Shown: positions 29,213 to 40,673, numbered from the stretch's first letter. The stretch is 47,333 nucleotides of DNA from an uncultured Planctomycetaceae bacterium (GCA_963815195.1 CAWFGE010000002.1:1-47333); one strand, 5' to 3'. Notes: generated by a model not told the origin, from the sequence alone. Numbers and translations: made by a program.

Positions 29213-31282
29213 ATGAATCCACAAGAGGGAGCTCGCCGGCGGGCGTGTGGGATGTTCTTGGCAATGGCGGCTTTGGTGTTCGTTCCCGCTTGGGCCGAGG
29301 CCCAGGACAAGGGCACGGCCGAGTCCCCGGTGGCGGACGCCTTGAAAAAAGCCGACGCCGCCATCGCGACGACCGTCGCCGTCCCCGACAGCGAGCGGAC
29401 CTTTACCAACACCCCCGGGGCGGTGGACCGGTTGATCGTCAACCTCCGGCTCGACACTGAGTTTTTGCAGTTCATGGCCTATGTCTCGCCCGATGCGGCG
29501 CTTCGCGAGCGTGGTTCGCAGGCGGAAGAGGATGTCCGCAACTGGCTCATCGGGCTGACGAAGCGCGAGGATCTTTACAAAGCCGTCAAAGCCTACGCCG
29601 ACACCAATCCCAAACTCGAAGGCGAGCAGGCCCGGCTCTTGGAGCACATGCTCCGCGATTACCGCCGGGCGGGGATGGATCTTCCGCCGGCCGACCGCGA
29701 CCGTCTGAAGGCGATCGAAATCGAGACCAACAAGCTTTCCTTGGAGTTCGAAAAGAACATCCGCGACGATGACACCAAGGTGCCGCTGTTGGAGGAAGAA
29801 CTCAAGGGCATGAGCGAGGATTACCTCAAAGCCCAGCCGAAGGTCGCGGGGCTGTATATGGTCGGCATGGATTATCCTTCGTTTCTGCCGATTCAGGATT
29901 ACTGCGAAGTCGAAGCCACCCGCAAGAAAACCTGGGTCGTCTACAAGCGCCGGGGCGGCAAGAAGAACGTGGACCTTCTGGAAAAGATCTTAAAGCTCCG
30001 CGCCGAAGCCGCGAACATGCTCGGCTACAAAAACGCCGCCGAGTACGAGACCGAAATCCGCATGGCGAAGAACCCGCAGAACGTGATGGACTTCTACAAC
30101 AAGCTCCGCCCGCTGGCCCGCAAGAAAGCGGAACTCGATTACGCGGAGTTCGTGGAAGCCAAGCGCCGCCACACGGGCGAGAAAGAGGCGAAGCTCTATC
30201 CGTGGGATTTTTCGTTCTACGAAAAGCGCCTGATGAAGGAGAAATACGCCGTCGATTCCAAAAAGGTCGCGGAGTATTTTCCGATGGACCGCGTGATCAA
30301 AGGGCTGTTCGAGATCACCCAGTCGCTATACGGTTTGAAATACCGCGACGTCACCGGCGAAGCCGAGGAACGCGGCCGCAGCCTGTGGCATCCCGACGTG
30401 CGGCTGTATGAAGTCACCGACAAAAACACGGGCGAGGTGCTCGGCGAGTTTTATATCGACCTGTTTCCCCGGCCCAACAAATACGGCCACGCCGCGCAGT
30501 GGGGGCTTTATCCGAGAAAAGTCTGGCCCGACGGCAGCGTGCAAAAGCCGCTCGCCGCGCTCGTGTGCAACTTCACCAAACCCACCGAGGACAAGCCTTC
30601 CCTGTTGACGCATGACGAAGTGGAGACCTTCTTCCACGAGTTCGGCCATTGCCTGCACAGCATTCTGACCGAAGCCAAATACGGCGAGTTCTCCGGCACG
30701 AACGTGGCCCGCGATTTCGTCGAAGCCCCTTCGCAGATGTTCGAGAACTGGGTCTGGGACGCCCGCGTCTTGAATCTCTTCGCCCAGCATTACAAGACCG
30801 GCGACAAGTTCCCCGAAGAACTGCTCGACGGCATGCTCAAGGCCCGGTATCTCGGGTCCGGCATGAAGACGGAACGCCAGATTTACTATGGCATGACGGA
30901 CATGACGTACCACATGAAATCCGACGGCGTGGTCGATACCACCAAGGTCGGTTTGGAACTGGCCGATAAAATCGAAATGTACGACGCCGTGCCCGGCACC
31001 TATTTTCAAGCGTCCTTCGGGCATTTGATGGGTTATCAGGCCGGCTACTATGGCTATCTCTGGTCGCTGGTCTATGCCGAGGACATGTTCCAAAGGTTCA
31101 AGGAACTCGGCATGCTCAGCCCCAAAGCCGGCCTGTATTACCGCGAGAAAATCCTCGCCAAGGGCGGCACCGAGGATGAACTGGACATGGTCAAAGATTA
31201 CCTCGGCCGCGAACCCAGCTTCGAACCGTTCCTGAAACACCTGGGCCTGGTCGGCCAGTCCGAAGCGGAGGCCGAAAAATAA
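29213..31282 (+). CDS. M3-family zinc metallopeptidase (thimet oligopeptidase-like), with signal peptide
   Basis: FHEFGHCLH, DFVEAPSQMFENW, YIDLFPRPNKYGHAA and FGHLMGYQAGYYGYLWS; start at 29201, 29213 or 29252. Confidence 0.93.
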   Translation: MNPQEGARRRACGMFLAMAALVFVPAWAEAQDKGTAESPVADALKKADAAIATTVAVPDSERTFTNTPGAVDRLIVNLRLDTEFLQFMAYVSPDAALRERGSQAEEDVRNWLIGLTKREDLYKAVKAYADTNPKLEGEQARLLEHMLRDYRRAGMDLPPADRDRLKAIEIETNKLSLEFEKNIRDDDTKVPLLEEELKGMSEDYLKAQPKVAGLYMVGMDYPSFLPIQDYCEVEATRKKTWVVYKRRGGKKNVDLLEKILKLRAEAANMLGYKNAAEYETEIRMAKNPQNVMDFYNKLRPLARKKAELDYAEFVEAKRRHTGEKEAKLYPWDFSFYEKRLMKEKYAVDSKKVAEYFPMDRVIKGLFEITQSLYGLKYRDVTGEAEERGRSLWHPDVRLYEVTDKNTGEVLGEFYIDLFPRPNKYGHAAQWGLYPRKVWPDGSVQKPLAALVCNFTKPTEDKPSLLTHDEVETFFHEFGHCLHSILTEAKYGEFSGTNVARDFVEAPSQMFENWVWDARVLNLFAQHYKTGDKFPEELLDGMLKARYLGSGMKTERQIYYGMTDMTYHMKSDGVVDTTKVGLELADKIEMYDAVPGTYFQASFGHLMGYQAGYYGYLWSLVYAEDMFQRFKELGMLSPKAGLYYREKILAKGGTEDELDMVKDYLGREPSFEPFLKHLGLVGQSEAEAEK

Positions 31283-31303
31283 TCGGCGTTCCTCAAACAC
31301 CAA

Positions 31304-31334
31304 AACCACCGAAAGGCCGCGCCTTTCGGTGGTT
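31304..31334. terminator. Hairpin terminator
   Basis: Perfect 14-bp stem AACCACCGAAAGGC-CGC-GCCTTTCGGTGGTT after the peptidase stop. Confidence 0.7.
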
Positions 31335-31545
31335 CTTACATGGACTCACCTCGTTCCCAAGCGGGGCTGAGGAACGAGGAAGAGTTCCATGAAATCATGG
31401 GGCTGACGCCCGGGCTGACGCCCCACGCTCGCCTTGTCTCTCGCGATTGCGAGGGCGTTCCATTACACTCAGCGGGTTGGATTGCGCGACGTTCATCGTG
31501 TAGCGGAAACTGAAAACCGAGAAATCCAAAAAGGACAAGGCAAAC

Positions 31546-32827
31546 GTGTCGGCAACATCCGTGATCGGGCTGCAATGGGGGGACGAGGCCAAGGGGAAAA
31601 TCGTCGATCTGCTCGCGGAAGAGCACGACGTGATCGTGCGGTATCTCGGCGGAAACAACGCGGGGCATACCGTGGTCTTCGACGGCGAGACTTACAAACT
31701 CTCCCTGCTGCCCGCGGGGGTTTTGCATCCGGAAAAACTGTCGGTGATCTCGAACGGCGTCGTCATCAACCCCAAGGCGTTTTTCGAGGAACTCGACCGC
31801 ATCGTGAAACGACGGGGGCCGGTGGGGAGCAATCTGCTCATCAGCGACCGGGCCCATGTGATCTTCCCCTATCACATGCTCGAAGAAGCCGTCTTGGAAC
31901 AAGCCCGCAGCGACGGAGGCATCGGCACGACGATGCGGGGCATCGGCACCTGCTACCGCGACAAAGCCGGCCGAACGCATGCGATCCGCATCGGCGATTT
32001 GTTCCGCCCGCAGTTCTTTCGCGAACGGCTCACGGAGATCATCAAATACAAAAACACGATTCTGAAAGCCCTCGATCCCGATGTCGCCCCGCTCGATGCC
32101 GAGGCGATTTACAAGGAGTATTCCGCATACGCCGAGCGACTGGAGCCGCACGTCGCCAACACGACCGAGCGTCTGCACCAGCGAACTCGCGGCAGGGAAG
32201 CGGCTCTTATTTGAAGGAGCCCAGGGCAGCCTCTTGGACATCGACCACGGCACGTTTCCTTATGTGACTTCGTCGAACAGTTCGGGCTGCGGGATTCATG
32301 CGGGTTGCGGCGTGCCGGAACGGGCGATCGGGCGGATGATCGGCGTCGTCAAAGCCTACACGACCCGCGTGGGCGGCGGGCCATTCCCCACGGAACTCCA
32401 TGACGAGATCGGCCGGCACATCCGCGATGTGGGGCACGAATACGGCACCGTCACCGGCCGGCCCCGCCGTTGCGGTTGGCTCGATGCCGTCGCCACCCGC
32501 TACGGGGCGATGATCAGCGGCGTCGATTGCATCGCCGTCGCCTTGCTCGACGTGCTTAGCGATCTGGACGAACTCAAAATCTGCGAAGCCTACGAAATCG
32601 ACGGCGAACGCACCACGGTCTTCCCCAGCCACGTCCAAGACCTGGCCCGCGCCAAACCGGTGTACCGCACGCTCCCCGGCTGGAACACCGACATCACCGG
32701 CGTCAAAAAGCTCAGCGATTTCCCCAAACCCACCCGCGAATACCTCGACACCTTGGGCGAACTCGTCGAAGCCCCGGTGGAAATCATCTCCGTAGGACCC
32801 GACCGCGAGCAGACGATTCTGGTTTGA
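31546..32827 (+). CDS. purA: Adenylosuccinate synthetase, with an apparent +1 frameshift near 32178
   Basis: [22 protein letters not shown] and GTTMRGIG in one frame; [45 protein letters not shown] and SVGPDR in the next. Confidence 0.95.
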
Positions 32828-32842
32828 GTTGGAACGTGAGCC

Positions 32843-33499
32843 ATGTCCTCACCCGAGATAATCACTTCATCGGAGAAAGAGAAAAGTCGTCGGCGAAGGC
32901 GGTTGTGGCGCGAGATTGTGTTTGTGGTGCTTTGCGCTGGAGGCATCGCCTGTTATTTCCTTGTTCCCCTCCCTTGGTCCGCGGAGATTCGCCTGCCGAT
33001 AAAGGAAGAGGAAATCCCCTTGGACCGCTTTCATCATTGGAATCAGGCGACCAATCCGCGCACCATCGCCACGGTGACAGCTTGCTTCACCCGAAGCACC
33101 TGGATCACGACCGAAGTCCGCGAGGTGGACAATGGCGTCATCAAGGAAATTGCCAATCAAGTCACCGGCCGCAGCGGTAGCCGGATCGGCGATGGGTATT
33201 TGACAACGTATTCGGTACGGTTCGGCTTGGCGGACGCGGAAATGGAAGAGGGCCACACGACGCTCATTACAATGGCGGGCGCGACTCGCTCGTCGGGAGG
33301 TCATGGAGGAATCCATCAAAAGTTTGAAGCATCGCATCACAAGACTTTCACGGGCCGAATCAGCCCCGGCGAAAAGCGGCTGCTGTATGTCGAAGGAAAC
33401 CGCACATTCTCCGCGACACCCACAACGACACCCGATGAATTTGCAAAGAAGAACCCCAAGGGAAATTTCCTGGTCGTGTCGATCGAGTTTGAGCGATGA
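32843..33499 (+). CDS. Hypothetical membrane-anchored protein
   Basis: Basic stretch followed by one TM helix (IVFVVLCAGGIACYFLV); 218-aa ORF with lower GC. Confidence 0.65.
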   Translation: MSSPEIITSSEKEKSRRRRRLWREIVFVVLCAGGIACYFLVPLPWSAEIRLPIKEEEIPLDRFHHWNQATNPRTIATVTACFTRSTWITTEVREVDNGVIKEIANQVTGRSGSRIGDGYLTTYSVRFGLADAEMEEGHTTLITMAGATRSSGGHGGIHQKFEASHHKTFTGRISPGEKRLLYVEGNRTFSATPTTTPDEFAKKNPKGNFLVVSIEFER

Positions 33500-33509
33500 T
33501 TTACCTCTA

Positions 33510-33947
33510 TCAAGTCGAATCAGAAACCACGCCCTTTTTCAGAATTAAATTCGCATAGATCGCCGTTTCGCCCGTGGCGATGATCGCGAAGGCCCCTTTC
33601 GCCCGGTCGTAAAACGCGAATCGCTCCACGATTTCCAAGCGGACGCTTTTGTCCTCGGCGGCATTCAACAGGTCGCGGAAATCCTGCCAGATCGGCGGTT
33701 CGGCGGCTTGGCTCTCGACCGGCTGCATCACCGCGGCGGGGGCTTCCACGAAAGTGTCCAGCGGCAGGAATTGGAGGATCGCTTCCAGAAGCTCAGGCAC
33801 CCCGTGCCCGTCAGCCCGGACCAACCGCTTCGCATGCGACGCGGCGGGGAAGTTGCCGTCGGCGAGCACCAACTCGTCCCCGTGCCCCATTTGCATCAAG
33901 ACCTGCATCAATTCGGGCGAGATCACCGGGGGAATGTTTTTGAGCAT
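33510..33947 (-). CDS. fucU: L-fucose mutarotase / RbsD-FucU family protein
   Basis: MLKNIPPVISPELMQVLMQMGHGDELVLADGNFP, ERFAFYDRAK and TGETAIYANLILKKGVV. Confidence 0.92.
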   Translation of the reverse strand: MLKNIPPVISPELMQVLMQMGHGDELVLADGNFPAASHAKRLVRADGHGVPELLEAILQFLPLDTFVEAPAAVMQPVESQAAEPPIWQDFRDLLNAAEDKSVRLEIVERFAFYDRAKGAFAIIATGETAIYANLILKKGVVSDST

Positions 33948-34256
33948 GGCGATGTCCTCAAGCCTGAGATTGGGGTTCGTAATCTTGGTTCACGAAATCA
34001 TGGGGCTGACGCGGGCGCCGATGGAAGGTGGGTCTGCTCGCCGGGTTTGGTGGACCGATCGAAACCCGCCCGCCATGATGGCCCAAAGTTGGCCGGGAAT
34101 CCAGTGACGTTTCGTTCGGGAAGGCTCTGAATCAGACCGTGATCGTTGACGCACCCGGGTGTTTTTGGGAAAAAAGAACCAAAACGAGTCTCCCGCCCAA
34201 TGGGTGTGGCACTTTCCCGATCCGCGTTTCCGCTTCCCTAGGTATCGATTGGTCCG

Positions 34257-35324
34257 ATGTTTTACAAATCCGCAATTCTCGCCGTCTTTTCTGCCTGTGT
34301 TCTTTCGATGGGGTTGACGGTTTCGTTGCCGAATCCGGCCTTGGCCGATGAAGGTGACTCGGAGAATCCCGGCACGGAAGGCAACGGGGATTTCACGATC
34401 GGTCCCGATTACAAGATCGATCCCGACCTGACGGACCGGCGCAATCCGAAGGGCAAGTCGTTCGAGTTTTCGATGCCGCTCGCCGACAGCAAGATCTTTC
34501 CCGGCGACGATTCGACGCTCGATTCCCGCAAGGAAGTCCGCAAGGAGCGAAAGATTTACGTGTATGTGCCCGCCGCTTACAAAGACGGCACAAAGGCCCC
34601 GATTCTCGTGATGCACGACGGGCCGAGCCGGCTCGATCTGGTGAAAAATGCGCTCGACAACCTGACCATTTCCAAGGATCCGAACCGCAAGCTGCCGGCC
34701 TTCATCGCGATCGCCGTGCAGAACGGCGGGAACGACGGCAAAGGCAGCGAGCGGGGGCTGGAATACGACACCATGTCGGACCGCCTGGCCCGGTTCATCA
34801 ACGACGAGGTCTTGCCCGCGGTGCTGAAGAATCCGGAGATCAAAGCGGCCTATCCCAAAATCGCCTTCACGGACAATCCCTGGGGCCGGGCCGCGATGGG
34901 CTGCAGCTCGGGCGGCGCGGCGGCGCTCAGCATGGGCTGGTTCCGGCCCGATTTGTTTCGGCGATTGATTACCTATTCGGGCACGTTCGTCGATCAGCAA
35001 GACGACGACGCCCCGGAGGAAGCCAAGTATCCCTGGGGAGCCTGGGAATATCATTCCGGGATGAAGCTGATCGAAAACACCGACAAAAAGCCGCTGCGGA
35101 TCTTCACGCACGTTTCCCAATTCGACCTGCGGCCCAACGATCCGGAAGGCACGCATCATAACTGGGTGATGGCCAACAAACGCACGGCCGCCGCCCTCAA
35201 AGCGAAAGGCTACGATTATCGCTTCGTCTTCAGCCGCGGGACGCGCCACTGCGACCGGAAAGTTTTTGAACAGACCCTGGCCGACACCCTCGTCTGGATG
35301 TGGCGCGGCTATCACGCCGAGTAG
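34257..35324 (+). CDS. Secreted alpha/beta hydrolase (enterochelin esterase-like)
   Basis: Signal peptide; IYVYVPAAY, MHDG, ERGLEYDTMS, nucleophile motif GCSSGG and HHNW. Confidence 0.85.
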   Translation: MFYKSAILAVFSACVLSMGLTVSLPNPALADEGDSENPGTEGNGDFTIGPDYKIDPDLTDRRNPKGKSFEFSMPLADSKIFPGDDSTLDSRKEVRKERKIYVYVPAAYKDGTKAPILVMHDGPSRLDLVKNALDNLTISKDPNRKLPAFIAIAVQNGGNDGKGSERGLEYDTMSDRLARFINDEVLPAVLKNPEIKAAYPKIAFTDNPWGRAAMGCSSGGAAALSMGWFRPDLFRRLITYSGTFVDQQDDDAPEEAKYPWGAWEYHSGMKLIENTDKKPLRIFTHVSQFDLRPNDPEGTHHNWVMANKRTAAALKAKGYDYRFVFSRGTRHCDRKVFEQTLADTLVWMWRGYHAE

Positions 35325-35435
35325 GCCCGTGTCCGGTGCGAAGTCCTTGCCGCCCTCCCGCGGCATTGACAACGCGTTCTCTGCCGCGTTAGTTGAATGG
35401 CACGAACGACGACGGATTTTTCGAGCGAGGTGGCG

Positions 35436-36671
35436 ATGAAATCAGCATGGGTTCTGGCGGCGATGGGAATTGTGGCGGCTTGGTGGCAGGCGGTGCCGAA
35501 ATCGGCCGCCGGCGAGGAGGCTTCCAAGCCCGCGTTTGAACTCCAGGACGGCGACCGCGTGGTGCTGTTGGGCGGCACGATGATCGAACGCGAGCAGCGC
35601 TATGCCGGCTGGGAAATGCTGATGACCGTGCTCCACCCGAATCGGCACATCACGTTTCGGAACCTCGGTTGGAGCGGCGATACCGTGTGGGCCGAGTCGC
35701 GGGGAATTTTCGATCCGCCCGCCGAGGGCTACAAACGCCTGCTCGCCCAGGTGCGGGACTTAAAGCCCACCGTCATCATCCTGGGCTACGGAGCCAACGA
35801 ATCTTTCGCGGGCAAAAAGGGCCTCGAAAAATTTCTCGCCCAGTACCGCAAGCTCTTAAAGGACCTCAAACCCACAAAGGCGCGCTTCGTGTTCCTGGGC
35901 CCCCCGGCGCACAATGCGGCCGCGTTTCCGATTCCGAATCTCAAAGAGCGGGAAGCGGATCTCAAACTCTACCGGGATGCCGTCCAAGAACTGGCCCGCG
36001 AAGAGAACGCGCCCTTTGTCGATTTCTATCAATCGATCGCCGAATGGATGGAGACCACCCGCAAGTTTCCGGATGTTCCGTTTGAATCCATCAGCGAAGA
36101 CGGCCGGCATTGGAATGCGCGGGGCTACTGGTACACGGCTCTGTTTTTGCGAAGGGCCTTCGATTGGCAACTGCCGCATTGGAACCTGACACTCTCCGCC
36201 GCCGGCAAAGCCGAGCCCGCTGAAGGCGTGACGGTCAAGGATCTCAAAGCCGGAAAAGACGGCCTGGAGTTCACCGCGACCTCGGCGGCGCTGCCTTTGT
36301 CGAAAGATTATGGAGACAATTTGATCGTCACGGGCCTCAAGCCGGGGCGGTATGTTTTGGAAATCGACGGCCAAAAAGTCGCCGAGGGCGATCCGCAAAA
36401 CTGGGCGGACGGCGTCTTGATCCAAGCCGGGGCCGAGTTCGAGCAATCGGCGAAACTCCGCGAAGCCATCCTCTGGAAGAACCGGTTGTATTTTTATCGT
36501 TGGCGGCCGCAAAACGTGACGTACCTGTTCCTGTTCCGCAAACACGAGCAGGGCCAGAACGCGAAGGAAGTCCCGCAGTTCGACCCGCTCGTGGCCGAGG
36601 CGGAAGAGTCGATCCAAAAGCTCAAACAACCCCGCCCGCACCGCTACACCCTCCGCCGGGTCTCGCAATAG
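35436..36671 (+). CDS. SGNH/GDSL-like hydrolase, secreted
   Basis: DRVVLLGGT, FRNLGWSGDTV, YGANES, DGRHWN and planctomycete-like C-terminus RWRPQNVTYLFLFRKHEQG. Confidence 0.85.
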   Translation: MKSAWVLAAMGIVAAWWQAVPKSAAGEEASKPAFELQDGDRVVLLGGTMIEREQRYAGWEMLMTVLHPNRHITFRNLGWSGDTVWAESRGIFDPPAEGYKRLLAQVRDLKPTVIILGYGANESFAGKKGLEKFLAQYRKLLKDLKPTKARFVFLGPPAHNAAAFPIPNLKEREADLKLYRDAVQELAREENAPFVDFYQSIAEWMETTRKFPDVPFESISEDGRHWNARGYWYTALFLRRAFDWQLPHWNLTLSAAGKAEPAEGVTVKDLKAGKDGLEFTATSAALPLSKDYGDNLIVTGLKPGRYVLEIDGQKVAEGDPQNWADGVLIQAGAEFEQSAKLREAILWKNRLYFYRWRPQNVTYLFLFRKHEQGQNAKEVPQFDPLVAEAEESIQKLKQPRPHRYTLRRVSQ

Positions 36672-36826
36672 CGAATCTCTATCTCCGCGTCGTGGATCTT
36701 GCCGCTGTGGAGAACCTCGGCGGCTGGAAGCCGCCGCGACGAGTTTCGCGAACCTTTTCTAGTAATCGGTGTCGCTATCAGGGGATTGTGGACCGTTTGA
36801 AGGTTTCGCGGGGAAAGGGACGGGCG

Positions 36827-38071
36827 ATGCGGTTTCCCATTCGCAAGATCGCAGCGGAAGAACAGGCCCAGTTTCAGCAGGCGATGTCCGTGCCCTTCGG
36901 CAACGATCCTTCGCCCGGCTGGCGGGAACGATTTCGCATCGCGATGGAGCAGGCGGATTTGTATTCCGCGTTCGACGGCGACGAGATGGTCTCCACCTTC
37001 GGATCGTACCGTTTGGATCTCACGGTTCCCGGCGGGACGCAGGTGCCCGCGGCGGGAACGACGGTCGTCACCGTCCTGCCCACGCATCGCCGGCAGGGAA
37101 TCTTGCGGTCGCATATGCTCGAACATTTCCGCGACGCGAACGAGCAAGGCCAGGTGCTCGCGGCACTCTGGGCGTCGGAAAGCGGCATTTACGGCCGATT
37201 CGGATACGGCCCTGCCGCCGAGGCCGTCCGCATCAACCTCCAAAAACCGCACGCGAAACTGCTCCATCCCGTGGACATTCGCGGCCGCGTGCGATTGGTG
37301 AATGCCGAGGAAGCCTTGGCCCGGTTCCCCGAAGTTTACGACCGCGTGGCGAGCGAGCGGCCCGGGATGTTCCAGCGCACGCCCTTGTGGTGGAGCATCC
37401 GCAATCTGGCCGACCCCGAAGAACTCCGCCGCGGCGCGACCTCCCACCGCCGGGTGCTGTATCACCAGGGCGGAGAGCCGGCCGGCTACTGCATTTACCG
37501 CACGAAGACCAATTACGAAAACCATGCGACCGAACTGCAAATCATCGAACTCCTCGGCGTCGATGCGGAAGCCGAGCGCGGATTATGGCAGTTCCTCTTC
37601 GGCGTGGACTTGATCGCCCACATCACGCATTGGAACCTGCCGGTCGATGACCCGCTCGTCTGGTGGCTGGAACAGCCCCGCGAACTGCGGCGGACGGTCA
37701 GCGATTCGATCTGGCTCCGCCCGGTGAATGTGGCGGAGGCGCTCAACCGCCGGCGGTATTCCGCGGCCGGGCGGCTGGTGTTTCGCTTCCGCGACGAATA
37801 TGCCCCCTGGAACGAGGGCGTGTATTCATTGGAGGCCGACGCCAATGGCATCGGCCGCTGCGCGAAAACCACATCCTCCCCGGAATTGGAGCTGACTCCC
37901 TTCAGTTTGGGCTCGGTCTATCTCGGCGGCCATTGGCTGAGGAGCCTCGCGAAAGCCGGCCTCGTCAGCGGATCGCCTGCCGCGATTCAAACAGCGGACG
38001 CCCTGTTCGCCTGGCCCGCACAGCCCTGGTGCCAGGAGATTCTTTTGAGGAGCGGGGCAGCCGCCGGCTGA
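36827..38071 (+). CDS. Eis-family GNAT acetyltransferase
   Basis: VTVLPTHRRQGIL, ALWASESGIYGRFGYG, SCP2-like C-terminal domain and PWCQEI; the true stop is probably 38048 if one base is spurious. Confidence 0.9.
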   Translation: MRFPIRKIAAEEQAQFQQAMSVPFGNDPSPGWRERFRIAMEQADLYSAFDGDEMVSTFGSYRLDLTVPGGTQVPAAGTTVVTVLPTHRRQGILRSHMLEHFRDANEQGQVLAALWASESGIYGRFGYGPAAEAVRINLQKPHAKLLHPVDIRGRVRLVNAEEALARFPEVYDRVASERPGMFQRTPLWWSIRNLADPEELRRGATSHRRVLYHQGGEPAGYCIYRTKTNYENHATELQIIELLGVDAEAERGLWQFLFGVDLIAHITHWNLPVDDPLVWWLEQPRELRRTVSDSIWLRPVNVAEALNRRRYSAAGRLVFRFRDEYAPWNEGVYSLEADANGIGRCAKTTSSPELELTPFSLGSVYLGGHWLRSLAKAGLVSGSPAAIQTADALFAWPAQPWCQEILLRSGAAAG

Positions 38072-38110
38072 GCGGCTGGCCGCTAGCCGCCGGCCTGGAA
38101 AAATCTCCGT

Positions 38111-40531
38111 TCACCGAGTGCCGGTCCTCACCGCATTGAGCATGGCGTCCCACACCTGCAACTGCCTGCGGAAATCGAACAGTTCGGAATTGAACATCGT
38201 TTCAAAATCGAACTTCGGTTTTTGGAGGTTCATTTCGTAGCGGTTTCGGGCGGCCCCGGCTTGGGCCTGTTGGCCGGTTCGCTCAGAGGCCAGGAACACA
38301 AAGCGGTCGATCCATAACCGGACCACCTGGCTTTGGGTTTGATCGCGGAACGCGGTCCACGCGGGGAGGATTTCGTTTAATGTGTCTTCGGACAACGAAT
38401 TGACAAACTCGCCGGCCATCAAGGGCAACAGGCAAAACCCCGCGGCCGCGATGCCGGGGGACGCCGTGCTGATTTGCTCGATCGAGCGGTCATCCAGGGA
38501 TGGAAGGTCCTGCTTTAACAGCCGGGGCAACATCTCGTCCGTGGCGAGTTTCGCAAACGCGTCAAAGCGCTCGGCATTGAGCAGAAGCTGCGCGCGGGCC
38601 AGCAACGCGGCGAAGCGTTCCGGCTCCAAGCTTTCCGGAGGCAAAAGCTCTGCATAGTCGGCCGGCCTCTGCTCGAAGAACACGAGACCCGCTTCGGGTG
38701 CATCCAGACTGAGAAACACCTGAGCCACATACAACTGCCGGAGCAGGGCGTGAGCGTCGGCGGAAATCTCCGGACCGATCGGCGGCCCGCCGTTCGCCTG
38801 TTTGGCTGGGGGCGGCTGGTAGTTCGTCAACGTGAAGAACTCGCGAAGCTTCTTCGACGCGGCCTGATGTTCGCCGAGTTGCTCCAGGCAATAAAAGTGA
38901 AAGAACTCGAACCGCCGGGGATTCCAGAAATCCGCAGCCTGAGACCGGTTCTCGTCCGGTTGTTGGGCGGCGAAGTCGGCGGCGGCCTCGTCGTACCACC
39001 GTCGAGCCTCGGCATAGTTTTTCCGGAGCAAATAATAATGCCCGATCTGCACTTTCTCGCCGGCGTTGATGGGCATCCAATCGACCTGGCCGGTATTCGC
39101 GTCCAAGAGGATCGCCGGGTCGCCCGGCCGCAGACCCGCACCGCCCGCGAGACCGAAAGGCAAGAGCGCGTGCGACGGTGCAAACGTGGCCCACAAAGAA
39201 AGCCGATCAGATTGCGGCGACCAATTGAGAAATGACGCCCGCATGCCGGAAAACACTTCCCGTTCGGAATCTGGCCTTGCGGAATCCGCTACGACCACCC
39301 GATCGCGGGCCCCCGCGCGGGGCGGCAGCAAAAACGCCCACTGTAGCTCGGCATGGGGTCCCGTCGGCGTGGGCAGCGTGTAGGCCAGCCGCGTCCCGGT
39401 CCGATTCCAGCCCGCAAAATGCCGGACGGGACGCAGCGACACGGGCACCGGCTCGGTTTCGCCCAGGCGCTGCGTCATCAGCAAATCGGACAGCCCATCG
39501 TGAAACAGCGTGCCCCGCAGTTGATCGAGCGTCTTCGACCGGATCAAGTAACCGAGGCGGTCACCCTCGGGCGACCAGTGCAACTCGTGCAGCGTTCCCT
39601 GTGTCCGATAAAGCTCTCGCACCAATTTCGCTCCGGGTTCGCCCACATACAAAACATCGATCGAGTCGTTGACCTGGCCGTCCGGGAGAATCGGCGCGAC
39701 AAAGGCAAACCGCCGTCCGTCCCGCGACCACACCGGCCGCAGTTTTCGCGCGGAGTTGAGCAGATTCTGCGCCTCGCCTTCGAATGCCACCTTGGAAGAC
39801 GGCACCCGCCACCAGTCATTCTTTTCGAGAGAACCGATCCAGATCCCGTTGTTTTCCGGCTGTTTGGCGTGGACCACCAATGCCAACCGCTTTCCGTCCG
39901 GCGACCAATCGAACAGCAGGCACTCCGCCAGAAACGGCACCGCCCGGCGGGTGCTGGAAACCTTGAAATTGAACTCCCGCACCTGATGGGTCTTGCCCTG
40001 GGCCCGATCGAGATACAAGAGCCCGTTCCCCGCCGGGTGCCAGCGGACCGCGAGATTGGCGGCAATTAGTCCGACGTGATTGACTTTGGCCTCGAACAAC
40101 TTGCGCGGCGGACCGAGCGCGCGGTCTTTGCCCCGCTCGGAAAGCCAGCACTCATAAACGGCCGGAGCCTCGCCGACGTATCGGCCTTCGGGATTCGCCG
40201 CCCACTCGTCTTGCGAGTTTTTGGCCGCTTCTTTGGCTTGCTGCGCGAGTTTCGGATCCTCCGGCGTCGCGGTGGCAAACACCAGCCGGTCGCCGTCGGG
40301 CGACCACAAGGGCGTGCTCGCGGCGATCACTTCCCCGGGCGGCTGATACACCAGCTCGACCCGGCCGCGCTCGGCGTCCCGGACATAAATCCCGTCGCGG
40401 CCGTGTTGAAAACCGACCGATTTCCCGTCCGGAGAAAACTCAATCTGCCGGTCTTCGTGTGTTCCGTTGCACGCGCAAAGAACAACGGCCAGGCCCGCCG
40501 CCAAATAGAACGATCGCGAGAAGTAGCGCAT
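38111..40531 (-). CDS. Putative lipoprotein with TolB/PD40 beta-propeller repeats and a C-terminal helical (TPR-like) region
   Basis: Lipobox-like VLCAC; repeated FSPDG, WSPDG, WSRDG, WSPEG and WSPQS. Confidence 0.8.
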   Translation of the reverse strand: MRYFSRSFYLAAGLAVVLCACNGTHEDRQIEFSPDGKSVGFQHGRDGIYVRDAERGRVELVYQPPGEVIAASTPLWSPDGDRLVFATATPEDPKLAQQAKEAAKNSQDEWAANPEGRYVGEAPAVYECWLSERGKDRALGPPRKLFEAKVNHVGLIAANLAVRWHPAGNGLLYLDRAQGKTHQVREFNFKVSSTRRAVPFLAECLLFDWSPDGKRLALVVHAKQPENNGIWIGSLEKNDWWRVPSSKVAFEGEAQNLLNSARKLRPVWSRDGRRFAFVAPILPDGQVNDSIDVLYVGEPGAKLVRELYRTQGTLHELHWSPEGDRLGYLIRSKTLDQLRGTLFHDGLSDLLMTQRLGETEPVPVSLRPVRHFAGWNRTGTRLAYTLPTPTGPHAELQWAFLLPPRAGARDRVVVADSARPDSEREVFSGMRASFLNWSPQSDRLSLWATFAPSHALLPFGLAGGAGLRPGDPAILLDANTGQVDWMPINAGEKVQIGHYYLLRKNYAEARRWYDEAAADFAAQQPDENRSQAADFWNPRRFEFFHFYCLEQLGEHQAASKKLREFFTLTNYQPPPAKQANGGPPIGPEISADAHALLRQLYVAQVFLSLDAPEAGLVFFEQRPADYAELLPPESLEPERFAALLARAQLLLNAERFDAFAKLATDEMLPRLLKQDLPSLDDRSIEQISTASPGIAAAGFCLLPLMAGEFVNSLSEDTLNEILPAWTAFRDQTQSQVVRLWIDRFVFLASERTGQQAQAGAARNRYEMNLQKPKFDFETMFNSELFDFRRQLQVWDAMLNAVRTGTR

Positions 40532-40673
40532 GATTCGCCTCCCGAAATGCAAAGTTTTCGTGATGTTATGGGGAGGATGCGCGACCGTGGGATTTTATTC
40601 CCCGAACGCCGGTTTATTCCTCGATCGGCCCCGGCCGGGGAGCACCACACGAGTTTGCCTGGGAGCTTCTGTT

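Noticed and set aside
32170..32215. Programmed frameshift in purA
   Set aside because: No slippery heptamer is visible; removing one C restores [18 protein letters not shown], and similar indels occur across the window.
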